From IMG/VR virus record IMGVR_UViG_3300011113_000736, positions 6,610 to 70,609 of that record: 64,000 bases of DNA; one strand, given 5' to 3'. Shown in pieces: positions 10,299 to 20,339 of this stretch. The first letter of the stretch is position 1. Each line of letters starts with the position of its first letter. The translations under genes were made by a program, and so were the position numbers. This DNA is from a virus. Under the pieces are notes generated by a model. It had not been told where the DNA came from, made no database searches, and worked only from the letters and a program-made list of their open reading frames with translations.

Positions 10299-11047
10299 GC
10301 TCTTCCTATATGAGTAACATAGATTGGTTCATTAGTTATAGAGAATTCGTTCTGTTCATCACCCACTGTCTGGTTTCCAAGAAATTTTAGTTTAAACTTT
10401 CCGGGGTTTTTAGATAAACTGGTAATTCCATCAAGAGGAATTGTTTTCATGAAAACTAATCTTCTTCTATTATCTTTTTCATTAGGCAACTCATCAAGAT
10501 ATCCAGTTTTTATAAATTTGCTGATCATCCTTTTTTGAAAATAATCAGCCATATTGTCATTCCCATCTACTTTCAAACCACCACGAATAATTGTGGTTTT
10601 GCATGTTCCATCTTTGCAAATCATTTTAAATTTCTTGATTGGCAAATATGTATCATCTTCTTTTTCTGGTAACGGATAAATATTAAATGTTCCAAAATTC
10701 CTAGTATTATAGCTAAACTCATTGATTAATTTTTCTAAAATGCTAGCATAATAAGATGTTTGTTGATAAACTTCTTCAATATTTTTCTTTACAAAATCAT
10801 TTTTGTTTTTTTGAAATTCTATTACTTTTTCAGGAACACAAGGTAAATTATTTTTATTTTTGTATTTAATAAGATTTTCGACTAACAAATTGTCTGAAAT
10901 CACATCAATATTATGTTTTGTTTCAAAATAAGACTGAAATATTTCTGGATATTTAATGGAATTATAAATCCATTGTTCATCTTTAGATGATGCCAATAGA
11001 GCTAGATGATAATCTTCTAAAAATATTTTTATTTCATTTGATCGCAT
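10295..11047 (-). CDS. Hypothetical protein
   Basis: 250 aa ORF in operon. Confidence 0.6.
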   Translation of the reverse strand: MRSNEIKIFLEDYHLALLASSKDEQWIYNSIKYPEIFQSYFETKHNIDVISDNLLVENLIKYKNKNNLPCVPEKVIEFQKNKNDFVKKNIEEVYQQTSYYASILEKLINEFSYNTRNFGTFNIYPLPEKEDDTYLPIKKFKMICKDGTCKTTIIRGGLKVDGNDNMADYFQKRMISKFIKTGYLDELPNEKDNRRRLVFMKTIPLDGITSLSKNPGKFKLKFLGNQTVGDEQNEFSITNEPIYVTHIGRA

Positions 11048-11050
11048 AAT

Positions 11051-12259
11051 TTATTTATTCATTTCGTCAAATTGCTGGCAAGCTTTTAGAAAATCACCAT
11101 CAGCAGTGCCTTCAATATTATTTATCATACGGTCTTCATATATTTTTTGTGCCAAATCAAAAACTTCTTTTGGTTGATCAAGAGAAAGCATTTCAAAAAC
11201 TTTTGTAATTGTATGCCCTTTGTTTTTAAACTCAGCTATTCGCATCAATTGATCGTAATTAACATTTGTAACATATTTATTCCAAGGCTCAGGCACAAAC
11301 CTATCAATTGTTTCTTTGTTTGGATTAGGAAATTCACGAACAATTTTAAACCTAGATGGACGACATTTTAACGAATTGTCTACCTTTTCTATATCGTTTG
11401 CTGTCATAATAAAAACTGTTTTGTCATATGAGTTATAAACACCATCAAGAGAATTAAGAATTGTGTCAAAGGTAAATCTAACAGTAGATGCTGTTCCATT
11501 TAAATTGTTTTGCATTACGCATTGTCTTTTATCGAAATAACTATCAAAATCTTCAAGGATTACTAATGACTTTGGCGGAATATGAGAAAACATTGACATA
11601 ATTGAAATATTATCATATTCTGGAGTAAATGTGATATAATATGTTGGCATTTTGTATTTTTCTGCAATATATTTAATAAAACTGGTTTTGCCATTTCCGG
11701 GTGGTCCATAAAGTATGATGCCTAATTTTTTATGCTCTGATTCTAAACAATCTTGTATTTCTGTTTCCATATCTACCCAAATATTCTTTGGTTGTATGGG
11801 ACAAATTGATTTTGTTTTAATTTTACCGATGTTATCAACAAAGTTTGGTGTTGTTATATAAACTGGTATTTCTTGTTTATGATTAATTTTATATTCACAC
11901 AAATTTTTTAGGAATTCACACATTTTTTTGTGTTGAAATCTTAAAAAAGTAATCCTTGTAGTATAATCTTTTCCATGCCATCCTGCGCTGAGCAAACGCT
12001 CTCCGTGATTTATATAAAAGTATGGAGATTCTTTATATTTAAGAAAAGCAATAAATTCAACAGATGTTCTATTTTCTATTCTAATTTCTTCTGCAAAAAC
12101 AGTTTTATGTGTAGTCAAATCAAGAGAATAATAAATATGTTTAAATACAGCAGGCTCTATCCTTAATTCCATTGTTATTACATATTTCACTATAGCCCAT
12201 GCACTGATTAAACCAGCACCGATTGCAAATAACAAAGTTATTAAATTTTGATCTATCAT
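11051..12259 (-). CDS. Membrane-anchored AAA+ ATPase (BCS1-like)
   Basis: N-terminal TM helix; GPPGNGKT; ILEDFD; LNSLDG; TAND; RPSRF. Confidence 0.85.
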   Translation of the reverse strand: MIDQNLITLLFAIGAGLISAWAIVKYVITMELRIEPAVFKHIYYSLDLTTHKTVFAEEIRIENRTSVEFIAFLKYKESPYFYINHGERLLSAGWHGKDYTTRITFLRFQHKKMCEFLKNLCEYKINHKQEIPVYITTPNFVDNIGKIKTKSICPIQPKNIWVDMETEIQDCLESEHKKLGIILYGPPGNGKTSFIKYIAEKYKMPTYYITFTPEYDNISIMSMFSHIPPKSLVILEDFDSYFDKRQCVMQNNLNGTASTVRFTFDTILNSLDGVYNSYDKTVFIMTANDIEKVDNSLKCRPSRFKIVREFPNPNKETIDRFVPEPWNKYVTNVNYDQLMRIAEFKNKGHTITKVFEMLSLDQPKEVFDLAQKIYEDRMINNIEGTADGDFLKACQQFDEMNK

Positions 12260-12286
12260 ATTGTAAATTAGTTACTATTTTAAAAT

Positions 12287-12601
12287 ATGGACGAAACCAA
12301 ACTAAAACAAAAGCTTGAAGTTGAATTCGGCAATGATGAAAAATTATCTGTTGCTGTGTTAACATTAGTTCTTGTTGCTGCTCAAGTGTTTTTGTTTTTG
12401 CACAAAAATTGCGGATTAATGAGCAAAATGGTCAAACGATCAGCCAAAAAAAAGGGATTTTTATACAGAAAATTCATAAAAGAAAATGTTTATCCTAAGT
12501 TAAATGACTCTGATCTTACTGAAGAACAAAAAGAATTAGCTATTGAAAAAGTAAGACAATTGATTATAGAAGATAAATTAGACGAGTTTTTACCTAGTTA
12601 A
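12287..12601 (+). CDS. Hypothetical membrane protein
   Basis: One hydrophobic segment. Confidence 0.55.
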   Translation: MDETKLKQKLEVEFGNDEKLSVAVLTLVLVAAQVFLFLHKNCGLMSKMVKRSAKKKGFLYRKFIKENVYPKLNDSDLTEEQKELAIEKVRQLIIEDKLDEFLPS

Positions 12602-13100
12602 TGTCTTCCCAATCATCGTCTTCAAGCTCTTCACCAGAATAATAATAATCTATATTTTTATCAGCATATTTTGTGGCTAGATTTGTAGCTCTTGCTAATA
12701 ATCCACATATAAATGTTGGGTTTCCACTAGCTTCTAATGATATGTTTTCAAAATCGGCATGTTCTACTTTAACAAATGCAAAAGATATATTTTTTCTCTT
12801 TTTTAGTTCTTCCATCATTTGTTCAATTGTCACTAAAGAAAGATCAGGAATAACACCCTCTGGTTTTTTTCCTTCAAACAGTTCTATAAATTTGTCATAC
12901 TGATGTTTGTGAAGACAGAATAACATTCTTGTGCCATCGCTATGCAACGATAAAAAATTATCAGATTGATTTGCTGCATTTGTAATCTTGACTACTAATG
13001 CCTCTTTTGTGATGATAAAGTAAATTCTGTCTTCTTCGACAGATGTTACAGTTAAGCCTTCAACATTGGAAAACCATTTTGCAAATTCTCTAGTAGTCAT
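12594..13100 (-). CDS. Hypothetical protein
   Basis: 168 aa ORF. Confidence 0.6.
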   Translation of the reverse strand: MTTREFAKWFSNVEGLTVTSVEEDRIYFIITKEALVVKITNAANQSDNFLSLHSDGTRMLFCLHKHQYDKFIELFEGKKPEGVIPDLSLVTIEQMMEELKKRKNISFAFVKVEHADFENISLEASGNPTFICGLLARATNLATKYADKNIDYYYSGEELEDDDWEDIN

Positions 13101-13693
13101 ACTGATGTGTTAAAACCTATGATAGTAGCTTCAAAGTCACATGTAATCACATTATTATTGTAGTAAAGCACTTCAATTAATACTGTGTCTCCAGCGTTTA
13201 TTTCAAAAACTGGTGTATTAAAATAAATCATGCCATCAAGTGTGGCACTGGTTGTTCTCAATGTGTAATATTCTGTGGAGTTAACTTTTAAAGTAAATTT
13301 AGCTGGCAAATCTCCACTTACTTTCATTCCCTGAAATGAAAATACATTGGACGAAGGTATTGTGTAACTGACTACAGTTGTTGGCGTATTTGGAGAAACA
13401 CCTATTTGAGCGTTGAATTCATTTACTGGATTTGCATAAGCTTTAATAATAGGTCTTACTGCAACGCCATATTCATTGCCAACAAGACTAGCATTTGATA
13501 CATTGCATATCTCATAAACACCTTGACCAGCAAGAACTATCCTTGACCTGCGTCGATATACTGGTGTGCCTGATGTTAACGGGTATGGGTTTGGTATTGG
13601 AGCAAGGTCGCCGTAGTCAACGGCGGTTTCATCCATGATGGAACCTTGTTCACCTATATTGAGTTGCGTGAAATTATTTGGATCTATTGGCAT
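13097..13693 (-). CDS. Probable virion structural protein (beta-rich)
   Basis: T/N/V-rich composition; TAAATA 5 nt before ATG. Confidence 0.55.
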   Translation of the reverse strand: MPIDPNNFTQLNIGEQGSIMDETAVDYGDLAPIPNPYPLTSGTPVYRRRSRIVLAGQGVYEICNVSNASLVGNEYGVAVRPIIKAYANPVNEFNAQIGVSPNTPTTVVSYTIPSSNVFSFQGMKVSGDLPAKFTLKVNSTEYYTLRTTSATLDGMIYFNTPVFEINAGDTVLIEVLYYNNNVITCDFEATIIGFNTSV

Positions 13694-13698
13694 AAAAC

Positions 13699-13741
13699 TA
13701 TTTATTGAATCAGACTCATTTTTGAGACTGATTCATAAATA
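13699..13741. promoter_or_regulatory. Back-to-back late promoter cores inside an inverted repeat
   Basis: TATTTAT-TGAATCAG...CTGATTCA-TAAATA between divergent ATGs at 13693 and 13746. Confidence 0.6.
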
Positions 13742-13745
13742 CATT

Positions 13746-13997
13746 ATGCTTTCATTCAAGAAATTTATGCAATTATCTGAAATAGCCACGGATTCGTGGC
13801 TAGAACCACCACTTCAGCCAACTGCTGGATTGATTGCTGTTTACAATGGTCCAATTCAAGGAATTCATAGAGGTGGAGAGGAACCAATTGGATCAGGAAG
13901 ACATTATATTGATCCAGCAATGGCTCCAGTAAGAAAAGATAGATTTAAAAAGAAGAAAAACAAATTAAATCAATCTTCATCCTCATCATCATCATAG
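13746..13997 (+). CDS. Small protein with CTS-like N-terminus
   Basis: MLSFKKFMQLSE; TAAATA 4 nt upstream; start re-assigned from 13635. Confidence 0.6.
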   Translation: MLSFKKFMQLSEIATDSWLEPPLQPTAGLIAVYNGPIQGIHRGGEEPIGSGRHYIDPAMAPVRKDRFKKKKNKLNQSSSSSSS

Positions 13998-14164
13998 TAG
14001 TCTTCATCTTCGTCATCCCATATGTCATCATCATCTTCGTCATTATCTAAATAATCTTCATCATCCCAAATGTCGTCATCGTCATCGTCATCGTAGTTTT
14101 CTTCATCATCTACGATGACGCTGAAAATATTATCTAAATATTCTTCAAAGTCGTAACTTTGCAT
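13970..14164 (-). CDS. Highly acidic Asp-rich peptide
   Basis: SD GAGG; DDDDIWDDED repeats. Confidence 0.6.
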   Translation of the reverse strand: MQSYDFEEYLDNIFSVIVDDEENYDDDDDDDIWDDEDYLDNDEDDDDIWDDEDEDYYDDDEDED

Positions 14165-14179
14165 AATTACCTCAACTAG

Positions 14180-15742
14180 TTAAGCTCTTGTAGTGCTTGA
14201 ACTAGAGCAAGCACTTGCCCTAGTATTACCACATTTGATAACATAGTTTGGGTTGCAACTATTTTTAATTACAGGTTTAATTTTTTCTTCGATTGGAGGA
14301 CAACCATAAGGTCCACCGCATCCACATCCGCTGATTCTATATTTCCAGCATTTTCCATATTCTGGTTGACCGGGGATAGTGCAGTTATCAACAAATCCGT
14401 CACAACGAATCATTATTCTCTTTAACAGACCATCTTCAGAAACCATCCAAGTTTTATCAAGAAGATCATTTTGAATAATGTATTTTGCAGCCTGCTGACC
14501 ACATTGAATTGATTCATTTATATCTGAACCAATCATGTCCATTTGCCCATCGTTGCCTTGATAAATCAAATCATCAACTGGCAATTTTATTTTAAGATTC
14601 TTGTACTTTTCGTCTTCCACATGAAGAATATCGCTAAGTTTAGCTTGATATTCAAATTTCATCATTGTGAACATATCATCTTTTTCTTCATGTAACTTAA
14701 TCTTGTCAGATGTTTCGTCAAGATTCATCTTAACAGTTGCAGGCATCATGTTCTTAGAAAAAAATACTCTCTTAGCAATTTCTGCCAATTCAGGATTAAG
14801 TGTTTTGCCCAAATCATAAAAAACTTTTGCAAAAGCTGTAAAGAAGCCGGGAGAAGCTGGAACAAGCTTCATGCAACGGAACAATGTGTCACGCACGAAA
14901 TCACGGGCTAATTTAACAGCAGCCACATTTTTACCTTTGGCTGTATAAATTTCAGCAAAAACACGATACAAAGCACCACTCATTACTCTTGAGAAATTGT
15001 GTGGTTCTTTTGTCAAAGCATCAGGATTTGTGCTAACATCAGCCAAAGTGTTTGGGTTGACATAAGCCAAATCATTATCAACATTTCTGAGATAACCATT
15101 CATGCCCAATCCATTGCCAAACTGTTCAGCCAATTTAGACACTATACTGCTCTCAAATAAATTGCCTTTAGTTTCACCTAGCATAAAGTTAATCATTGCA
15201 TCATGGTGCAGTGAAGCCAAGAAAGCAAACACATCGCCAAATGCTTCATGGAATGCCCAAATTTCAATAGCACCCATTGACCAGAAATCAGGTCTCAAGA
15301 AATCAAGAACAGCGTGACCTAGTTCATGGGTCACAACATCTGCTGATAAAGATGTAAAAATTTTCTGTCCATTTTTGCCTGTAAACCAGAAAAAATTGAG
15401 ACCTTTTCTGTCGTAATAAGCATTTGGCATTTGTCCAGCATTTGGATTAACCTGTAGTGTTTTAACTTTTGACCATGCGCTTATTTTGTTTAAAGCATAA
15501 TTGTTATAAAAATTGTTCATGGCGAACATAAGTGTGCCAGTTGCATTTGCTGCCAAACCAGCAGGAGTTGTCCAATTTTCATTTGGACCTGTATAACCAA
15601 CCACATTGAACAATGTAGAAGGAGAAAAACTAACAACTTCTGTTAATGCAGGAGTTGAGGGATCATTTAAATAATATTTTACATTTTGTTTTGCTGGTGC
15701 TACAGAAGATGTATTAATCATATTCTTTTTTACGCTAGCCAT
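14180..15742 (-). CDS. Zinc metallopeptidase (M4/M36 thermolysin-like) with Cys-rich tail
   Basis: NAYY, DVVTHELGHA, HEAFGD, EPH. Confidence 0.85.
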   Translation of the reverse strand: MASVKKNMINTSSVAPAKQNVKYYLNDPSTPALTEVVSFSPSTLFNVVGYTGPNENWTTPAGLAANATGTLMFAMNNFYNNYALNKISAWSKVKTLQVNPNAGQMPNAYYDRKGLNFFWFTGKNGQKIFTSLSADVVTHELGHAVLDFLRPDFWSMGAIEIWAFHEAFGDVFAFLASLHHDAMINFMLGETKGNLFESSIVSKLAEQFGNGLGMNGYLRNVDNDLAYVNPNTLADVSTNPDALTKEPHNFSRVMSGALYRVFAEIYTAKGKNVAAVKLARDFVRDTLFRCMKLVPASPGFFTAFAKVFYDLGKTLNPELAEIAKRVFFSKNMMPATVKMNLDETSDKIKLHEEKDDMFTMMKFEYQAKLSDILHVEDEKYKNLKIKLPVDDLIYQGNDGQMDMIGSDINESIQCGQQAAKYIIQNDLLDKTWMVSEDGLLKRIMIRCDGFVDNCTIPGQPEYGKCWKYRISGCGCGGPYGCPPIEEKIKPVIKNSCNPNYVIKCGNTRASACSSSSTTRA

Positions 15743-15776
15743 AATTCCTCCATAATTACTTTTCTATTACTTATTT

Positions 15777-16301
15777 ATGTTTGCCATGCAAAACATAGAA
15801 GAAAAAATAGCGCAACTAAGACTAGCAGAAGCAGTTCAAAAAGATTTCTTTGGTTCAACAGGGAAAATATCAATAATTTCTAAAGTTTTTGGTTCAGAAA
15901 TAATACAAGATAATTTTGCTAATAATTCTATAAGCATGTTATATGAAGATATAGAAGAATATAAGATAAATGAATTTGATGCCAATCACACAAGCACCAT
16001 AATAGGTTATCATTTCGATGGTTTGAGGATGGGCATTCCTCTTGAAATTATTCAGAAAGAATATGATAACAGTTTGAAAGTTATCTGGCAAGGTCGTATT
16101 GTTTATGAAGAAATTGATGGTGAATTAGTTTCTTTTAATCCATTGAATGAATGGGAAAGAAATATTGATTCTTTGTACTTGAAGGCTGAACAAAAAATAG
16201 AATTAGAAAAACGAAAAAATGAAAAATTTATAAAAGATCAAATGCAAAAAGAAGAAGATAAAGAGATTCAGCGTATTAGAGAAAAATGGGGAATACTATA
16301 A
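15777..16301 (+). CDS. Hypothetical protein
   Basis: 174 aa ORF. Confidence 0.55.
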   Translation: MFAMQNIEEKIAQLRLAEAVQKDFFGSTGKISIISKVFGSEIIQDNFANNSISMLYEDIEEYKINEFDANHTSTIIGYHFDGLRMGIPLEIIQKEYDNSLKVIWQGRIVYEEIDGELVSFNPLNEWERNIDSLYLKAEQKIELEKRKNEKFIKDQMQKEEDKEIQRIREKWGIL

Positions 16302-16310
16302 AATACAAAT

Positions 16311-17180
16311 ATGCTTTATGAAAAAGAATTTCTTGATGTAAAAGTTTGGTTATCTCAAACAGAAGGAAATATATTATTTTCTTCTGGTGCTTTTGGTGAT
16401 ATGTTTCTAGGAATAGACGCAGCTTTGAAATACAAATTTTCAATGGTTTATTGGAGTAAACCATCCACATTTGATTTGTCTGTAAAATTTTTATCAGCGT
16501 TCAATATAAAAAATTATGTGATCAATGTCGGTATACCAATTTGGAAAAACAAAGATACAATTGAGTTTTGTTATAATCTAAAAACTGTTTTAGAAAACAG
16601 GGGTTTCCGAACTCATGGAAATAATAAATGTCACCTTCCAATAATAAAATATTTACCAGATGTTGTTAATGAAGAATATTTTAATTTCAAAAATTACAAA
16701 TTAGACTTGCCTCAGAAGTATTGTCTTTTGTGTCCTTGTGGCAGTATGAACGGTCCAAAAGCAAAGAGATTTTTTTATTTAACAGAATTTCAAAAATTAA
16801 TTAGCACAGTAATGACGCATGGTATAGAACCAGTAATTGTCGGGACAAATGATCAATTTAAAAGATATGATCCTAAAAAGAAATGTAAATGGCTTCAATT
16901 TGAAAGATTTGAAAACAATCCAATAACTGTTGAATATTTTATCGAAGCAGTAAGATCATCAATGTTTGTTGTGTCTCCAGACACATCTTTAAAAACTTTA
17001 TCAGCCGCAATGCATATCCCTACATTTGTATTAAAAAACAGAAATCAAAATAATGAATTTGTTAATGGCACATGGGACAGAATATTCTTAGACAAAAAAA
17101 AATGGAAAACAATTGAATGCTTTCCATTTAATAAATTAATAGAACGAATAAACTGTTTGAACACTATAAAAATGCTTTAA
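16311..17180 (+). CDS. Glycosyltransferase, GT9 (heptosyltransferase)-like
   Basis: GAFGD; VVSPDTSLKTLSAAMHIPTFVL. Confidence 0.7.
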   Translation: MLYEKEFLDVKVWLSQTEGNILFSSGAFGDMFLGIDAALKYKFSMVYWSKPSTFDLSVKFLSAFNIKNYVINVGIPIWKNKDTIEFCYNLKTVLENRGFRTHGNNKCHLPIIKYLPDVVNEEYFNFKNYKLDLPQKYCLLCPCGSMNGPKAKRFFYLTEFQKLISTVMTHGIEPVIVGTNDQFKRYDPKKKCKWLQFERFENNPITVEYFIEAVRSSMFVVSPDTSLKTLSAAMHIPTFVLKNRNQNNEFVNGTWDRIFLDKKKWKTIECFPFNKLIERINCLNTIKML

Positions 17181-17998
17181 GGCGTAATCAAATCACCACT
17201 TGCAATCACATGTGGAATTTGGCAAACACCAATCAAATCTGATCCACTGTATTGATAAGTAGTTTTAAATGCTGCATCACCAATCGATGCTCCAGCAGGA
17301 TATTTGATTTCTACAGCAATTTGACCACTTGTATAAATTCTCTTAGTGAACATGTATTGATCGTTGCAGCCCTTAAGAAGTTGCCAATCGGCACTTGGTG
17401 ATGATGAATTAAATCCAGCAGCATCAATATAATCTGCTTCAATAGAGTTGCCGGTATCCAATAAAAGCAATCTTTCAGATCCCAAGTCAGTAAAATTAAA
17501 TCTTTGAGCAATATCATAACGCTTGAAATAACTTGGCAACTCTTGAATTGGAGCAAACTTATTAAACTGAATAACACCTTCAGCACTTGTGTTATTAACA
17601 TAAGCTTTGAAATTAGGCTTTGGTTTTTTAGATTTAATTAAAACTTTATTGCCCGTTACCCCAACATTGTTTGTTTTAAAAACAGATGCGATGAAAAAAG
17701 AAGAAAACAAACTATTTGCATTTAAAGCAGAAACAACTTCTGCTGCCGTTGTGCTTGCGGCAGTTGCTCCAGCAATATTAACTGTAACATTTGCGTAATT
17801 CATTTGCTCTAAATCATAACAAAAAGATAATGTCAAATTTGAAGCGGCAGAAAAATCGTAAGGTTCTACATTCCCACTCAAAATGTAATCAGGTCTATTG
17901 GTATTAGCCTTAATTTTGAAAGTCTGTTGATACTGCCTATCGGCAGATAGCAAACTACCACGAAATTCAAAATCATAAACATTCATGAAAAACGACAT
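17177..17998 (-). CDS. Probable structural protein
   Basis: TAAEVVSALNAN motif typical of phage tail/structural proteins. Confidence 0.5.
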   Translation of the reverse strand: MSFFMNVYDFEFRGSLLSADRQYQQTFKIKANTNRPDYILSGNVEPYDFSAASNLTLSFCYDLEQMNYANVTVNIAGATAASTTAAEVVSALNANSLFSSFFIASVFKTNNVGVTGNKVLIKSKKPKPNFKAYVNNTSAEGVIQFNKFAPIQELPSYFKRYDIAQRFNFTDLGSERLLLLDTGNSIEADYIDAAGFNSSSPSADWQLLKGCNDQYMFTKRIYTSGQIAVEIKYPAGASIGDAAFKTTYQYSGSDLIGVCQIPHVIASGDLITP

Positions 17999-18007
17999 AG
18001 TTATACC

Positions 18008-18469
18008 TTAATAGTTTAGAAGCCTCTTATATTTATCTACATCGGCTCGACTTTTTTCTATTTGCTTCTCATAAAAAACTTCTAACCACTTACTTGTTGT
18101 TTTGTTTTCTAAATTTTGCACCATCCCAATTCTTTCTACATAATTATCTACTACTTCTTCTTCCATTTCCAACGCATACCTCAAAGCTTCCCTTGGAGAT
18201 GTGAAAATTTCATATTTTTCATATCCTTGAGCTTGTAAACAATTCAAATTGCCACCCAAACCAACAATCATGTCTTGGAAATTTGTCACATGAGACATTT
18301 CTTCTTTGGCTTCCTTTTCAAACATTTCAATATATTCTACCGCATCCATACCCTTTATTGAGCTTGCATTTGTCAAATAAAACAACATGTGCTTGCGCTC
18401 ATTACGCAAATCCAAATAAATCAAATCCAAAACATTCTGATCAACTTGTGGCATTTTTGCACCCTCCAC
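18008..18469 (-). CDS. Ferritin/bacterioferritin-like protein
   Basis: E...EEMSH...ALEMEEEVVDNY diiron four-helix pattern. Confidence 0.75.
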   Translation of the reverse strand: MEGAKMPQVDQNVLDLIYLDLRNERKHMLFYLTNASSIKGMDAVEYIEMFEKEAKEEMSHVTNFQDMIVGLGGNLNCLQAQGYEKYEIFTSPREALRYALEMEEEVVDNYVERIGMVQNLENKTTSKWLEVFYEKQIEKSRADVDKYKRLLNY

Positions 18470-18517
18470 AATAAATATAGCATTTTTTTATTCAAAATGC
18501 TACTAAATAATTATTGC

Positions 18518-20284
18518 ATGAGTGTTTGGAAAAAAAAGTTTAAGACATTAAAACAATATTATGCCACAGAGTATGATAGTGAATTTTACGAATTGGATAA
18601 ATTTCAATTTGAAATAGATCCAGACGAAACTCTCGATGATGTAAATACTTACGACCAAAAAAAACAAGAAGAAGAAATTTATAAATGCACAAAATCTTTT
18701 TCTTATTTTTGTCACAAATATATTAAAATCTTACACCCAACTAAGGGATTGGTCCCATTTGTTATATTTAAATATCAAAAAAGAGTAATTGATGATTATG
18801 AAAATCATAGATTTAATATTATTTCTAAGTTTCGTCAGGGTGGTCTTACAACAGTAACTTTGCTTTACGGATTGTATAAAAGTTTGTTCACATTAGATTT
18901 TTCTATGATGTTGATTTCAAAGTCAGACCGTGAAGCTGTAGAAGCAGGTTACATTGCAGACAGAGCAGTAGAAAATCTACCTGTTTGGCTTGCTCCTAAA
19001 AAAGATGGCAAATGGAATGACCACCTTAAACAGGTAACAGAAACAGGTGGTAGTCTTAGATTCTATTCGCCAGAAGCTGCCCGTGGTAAATCAGTTGCTT
19101 TTATCTGTCTAGACGAAGCCGCATTCATTGATGACTTAGACAAACACTGGAGAGCTATGTATCCTGTGCTAGCTACAGGTGGTCGCTGTGCTATTATTTC
19201 TACAGTAAACGGCACAGGAAATTATTATTACGAATTATACATGGGAGCTAAAGAACAAAGGAATAAATTTCATATAATTGATATTGATTATCACGAACAT
19301 CCATTTTACAACTCAAAAAAAAATCCTGAATGGGCAGAAGAACAACGAGCCCAGCTTGGTGAAAAAGGTTTTTTGCAAGAAATACTAAGAGTATTTTTAG
19401 GATCTGGTGATACTTATATTCCCGGCAAAGAACTCGCAAGACTTGATGAAGAACTTAAAAATAATTATCCAAAGAGAAAATTATTTGCCAAATATCAAAA
19501 TAAAAGTAGAAACGATGATCCAGATTTAAACGATGAAAATAAAGGAGCTTTGTGGATCTGGAAAGAACCAGTTCCCGGCAAAGAATATTACTTTGGCATA
19601 GACTCATCAGAGGGTGTAGGAGCAGACAATTCTTGCATTCAAGTTTTTGAAATAGAATCAAAAGAGCAAGTTGCTGAATTTTATTCTAACATAATAACAC
19701 CATATGAATTTGCACAAGTAATATATGAACTTGCCATATTGTATAATAATGCGTTATTAATTATAGAAGAAATGTCAGCAGGCTTGTCTGTAATCAATAC
19801 TTTGCAAAACGAATTATATTATGACAATTTTTATTACGCCAATCCAGACTCCAAAAGCCCAAGAGTTGGAATTAAAACAACTGTTGCCAATAGACCACTA
19901 ATTCTTACTAGCTTTCAAACTGCAATATTACAAAAATCAATTAAAATTAATTCAATTCGCTTGTTACAAGAAATGAAATGTTTTGAATATAACAGCGCAA
20001 CTAAAAAGCCAGAAGCACAAAAAGGCAAACATGATGATGCAATTATGGCTTTATCTATGTGTTTATATGTCATGAGTATGCTGAATAAAAATCAACCAGC
20101 AGGATTTGATGGAAAGAAAACCACAACTATAAACATATTGGATGATATTAAAAGTGAAATAAGAGATAATATTAAATCTAATATAAAATTAAAATTTTCT
20201 CGTACCAATGAAGACTTGGAACAAAAAGAATTAATAAAAATTTATCGACCAAAGGATTCGCTCTTGCGTGAATTTGGTTGGTGA
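18518..20284 (+). CDS. Terminase large subunit, T4 gp17-like
   Basis: KFRQGGLTT, CLDEAAF, IISTVNG, FGIDSSEG, HDDAIMA; start re-assigned to MSVWK behind TAAATA. Confidence 0.93.
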   Translation: MSVWKKKFKTLKQYYATEYDSEFYELDKFQFEIDPDETLDDVNTYDQKKQEEEIYKCTKSFSYFCHKYIKILHPTKGLVPFVIFKYQKRVIDDYENHRFNIISKFRQGGLTTVTLLYGLYKSLFTLDFSMMLISKSDREAVEAGYIADRAVENLPVWLAPKKDGKWNDHLKQVTETGGSLRFYSPEAARGKSVAFICLDEAAFIDDLDKHWRAMYPVLATGGRCAIISTVNGTGNYYYELYMGAKEQRNKFHIIDIDYHEHPFYNSKKNPEWAEEQRAQLGEKGFLQEILRVFLGSGDTYIPGKELARLDEELKNNYPKRKLFAKYQNKSRNDDPDLNDENKGALWIWKEPVPGKEYYFGIDSSEGVGADNSCIQVFEIESKEQVAEFYSNIITPYEFAQVIYELAILYNNALLIIEEMSAGLSVINTLQNELYYDNFYYANPDSKSPRVGIKTTVANRPLILTSFQTAILQKSIKINSIRLLQEMKCFEYNSATKKPEAQKGKHDDAIMALSMCLYVMSMLNKNQPAGFDGKKTTTINILDDIKSEIRDNIKSNIKLKFSRTNEDLEQKELIKIYRPKDSLLREFGW

Positions 20285-20339
20285 TGTATTTACATGAATC
20301 AAGTGTTTGTACACAACACGATATGAAAGGAGTCATGCC

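Noticed and set aside
18389-18517. N-terminal extension of the terminase
   Set aside because: Overlaps the divergent ferritin gene; ATG 18518 lies behind a TAAATA core
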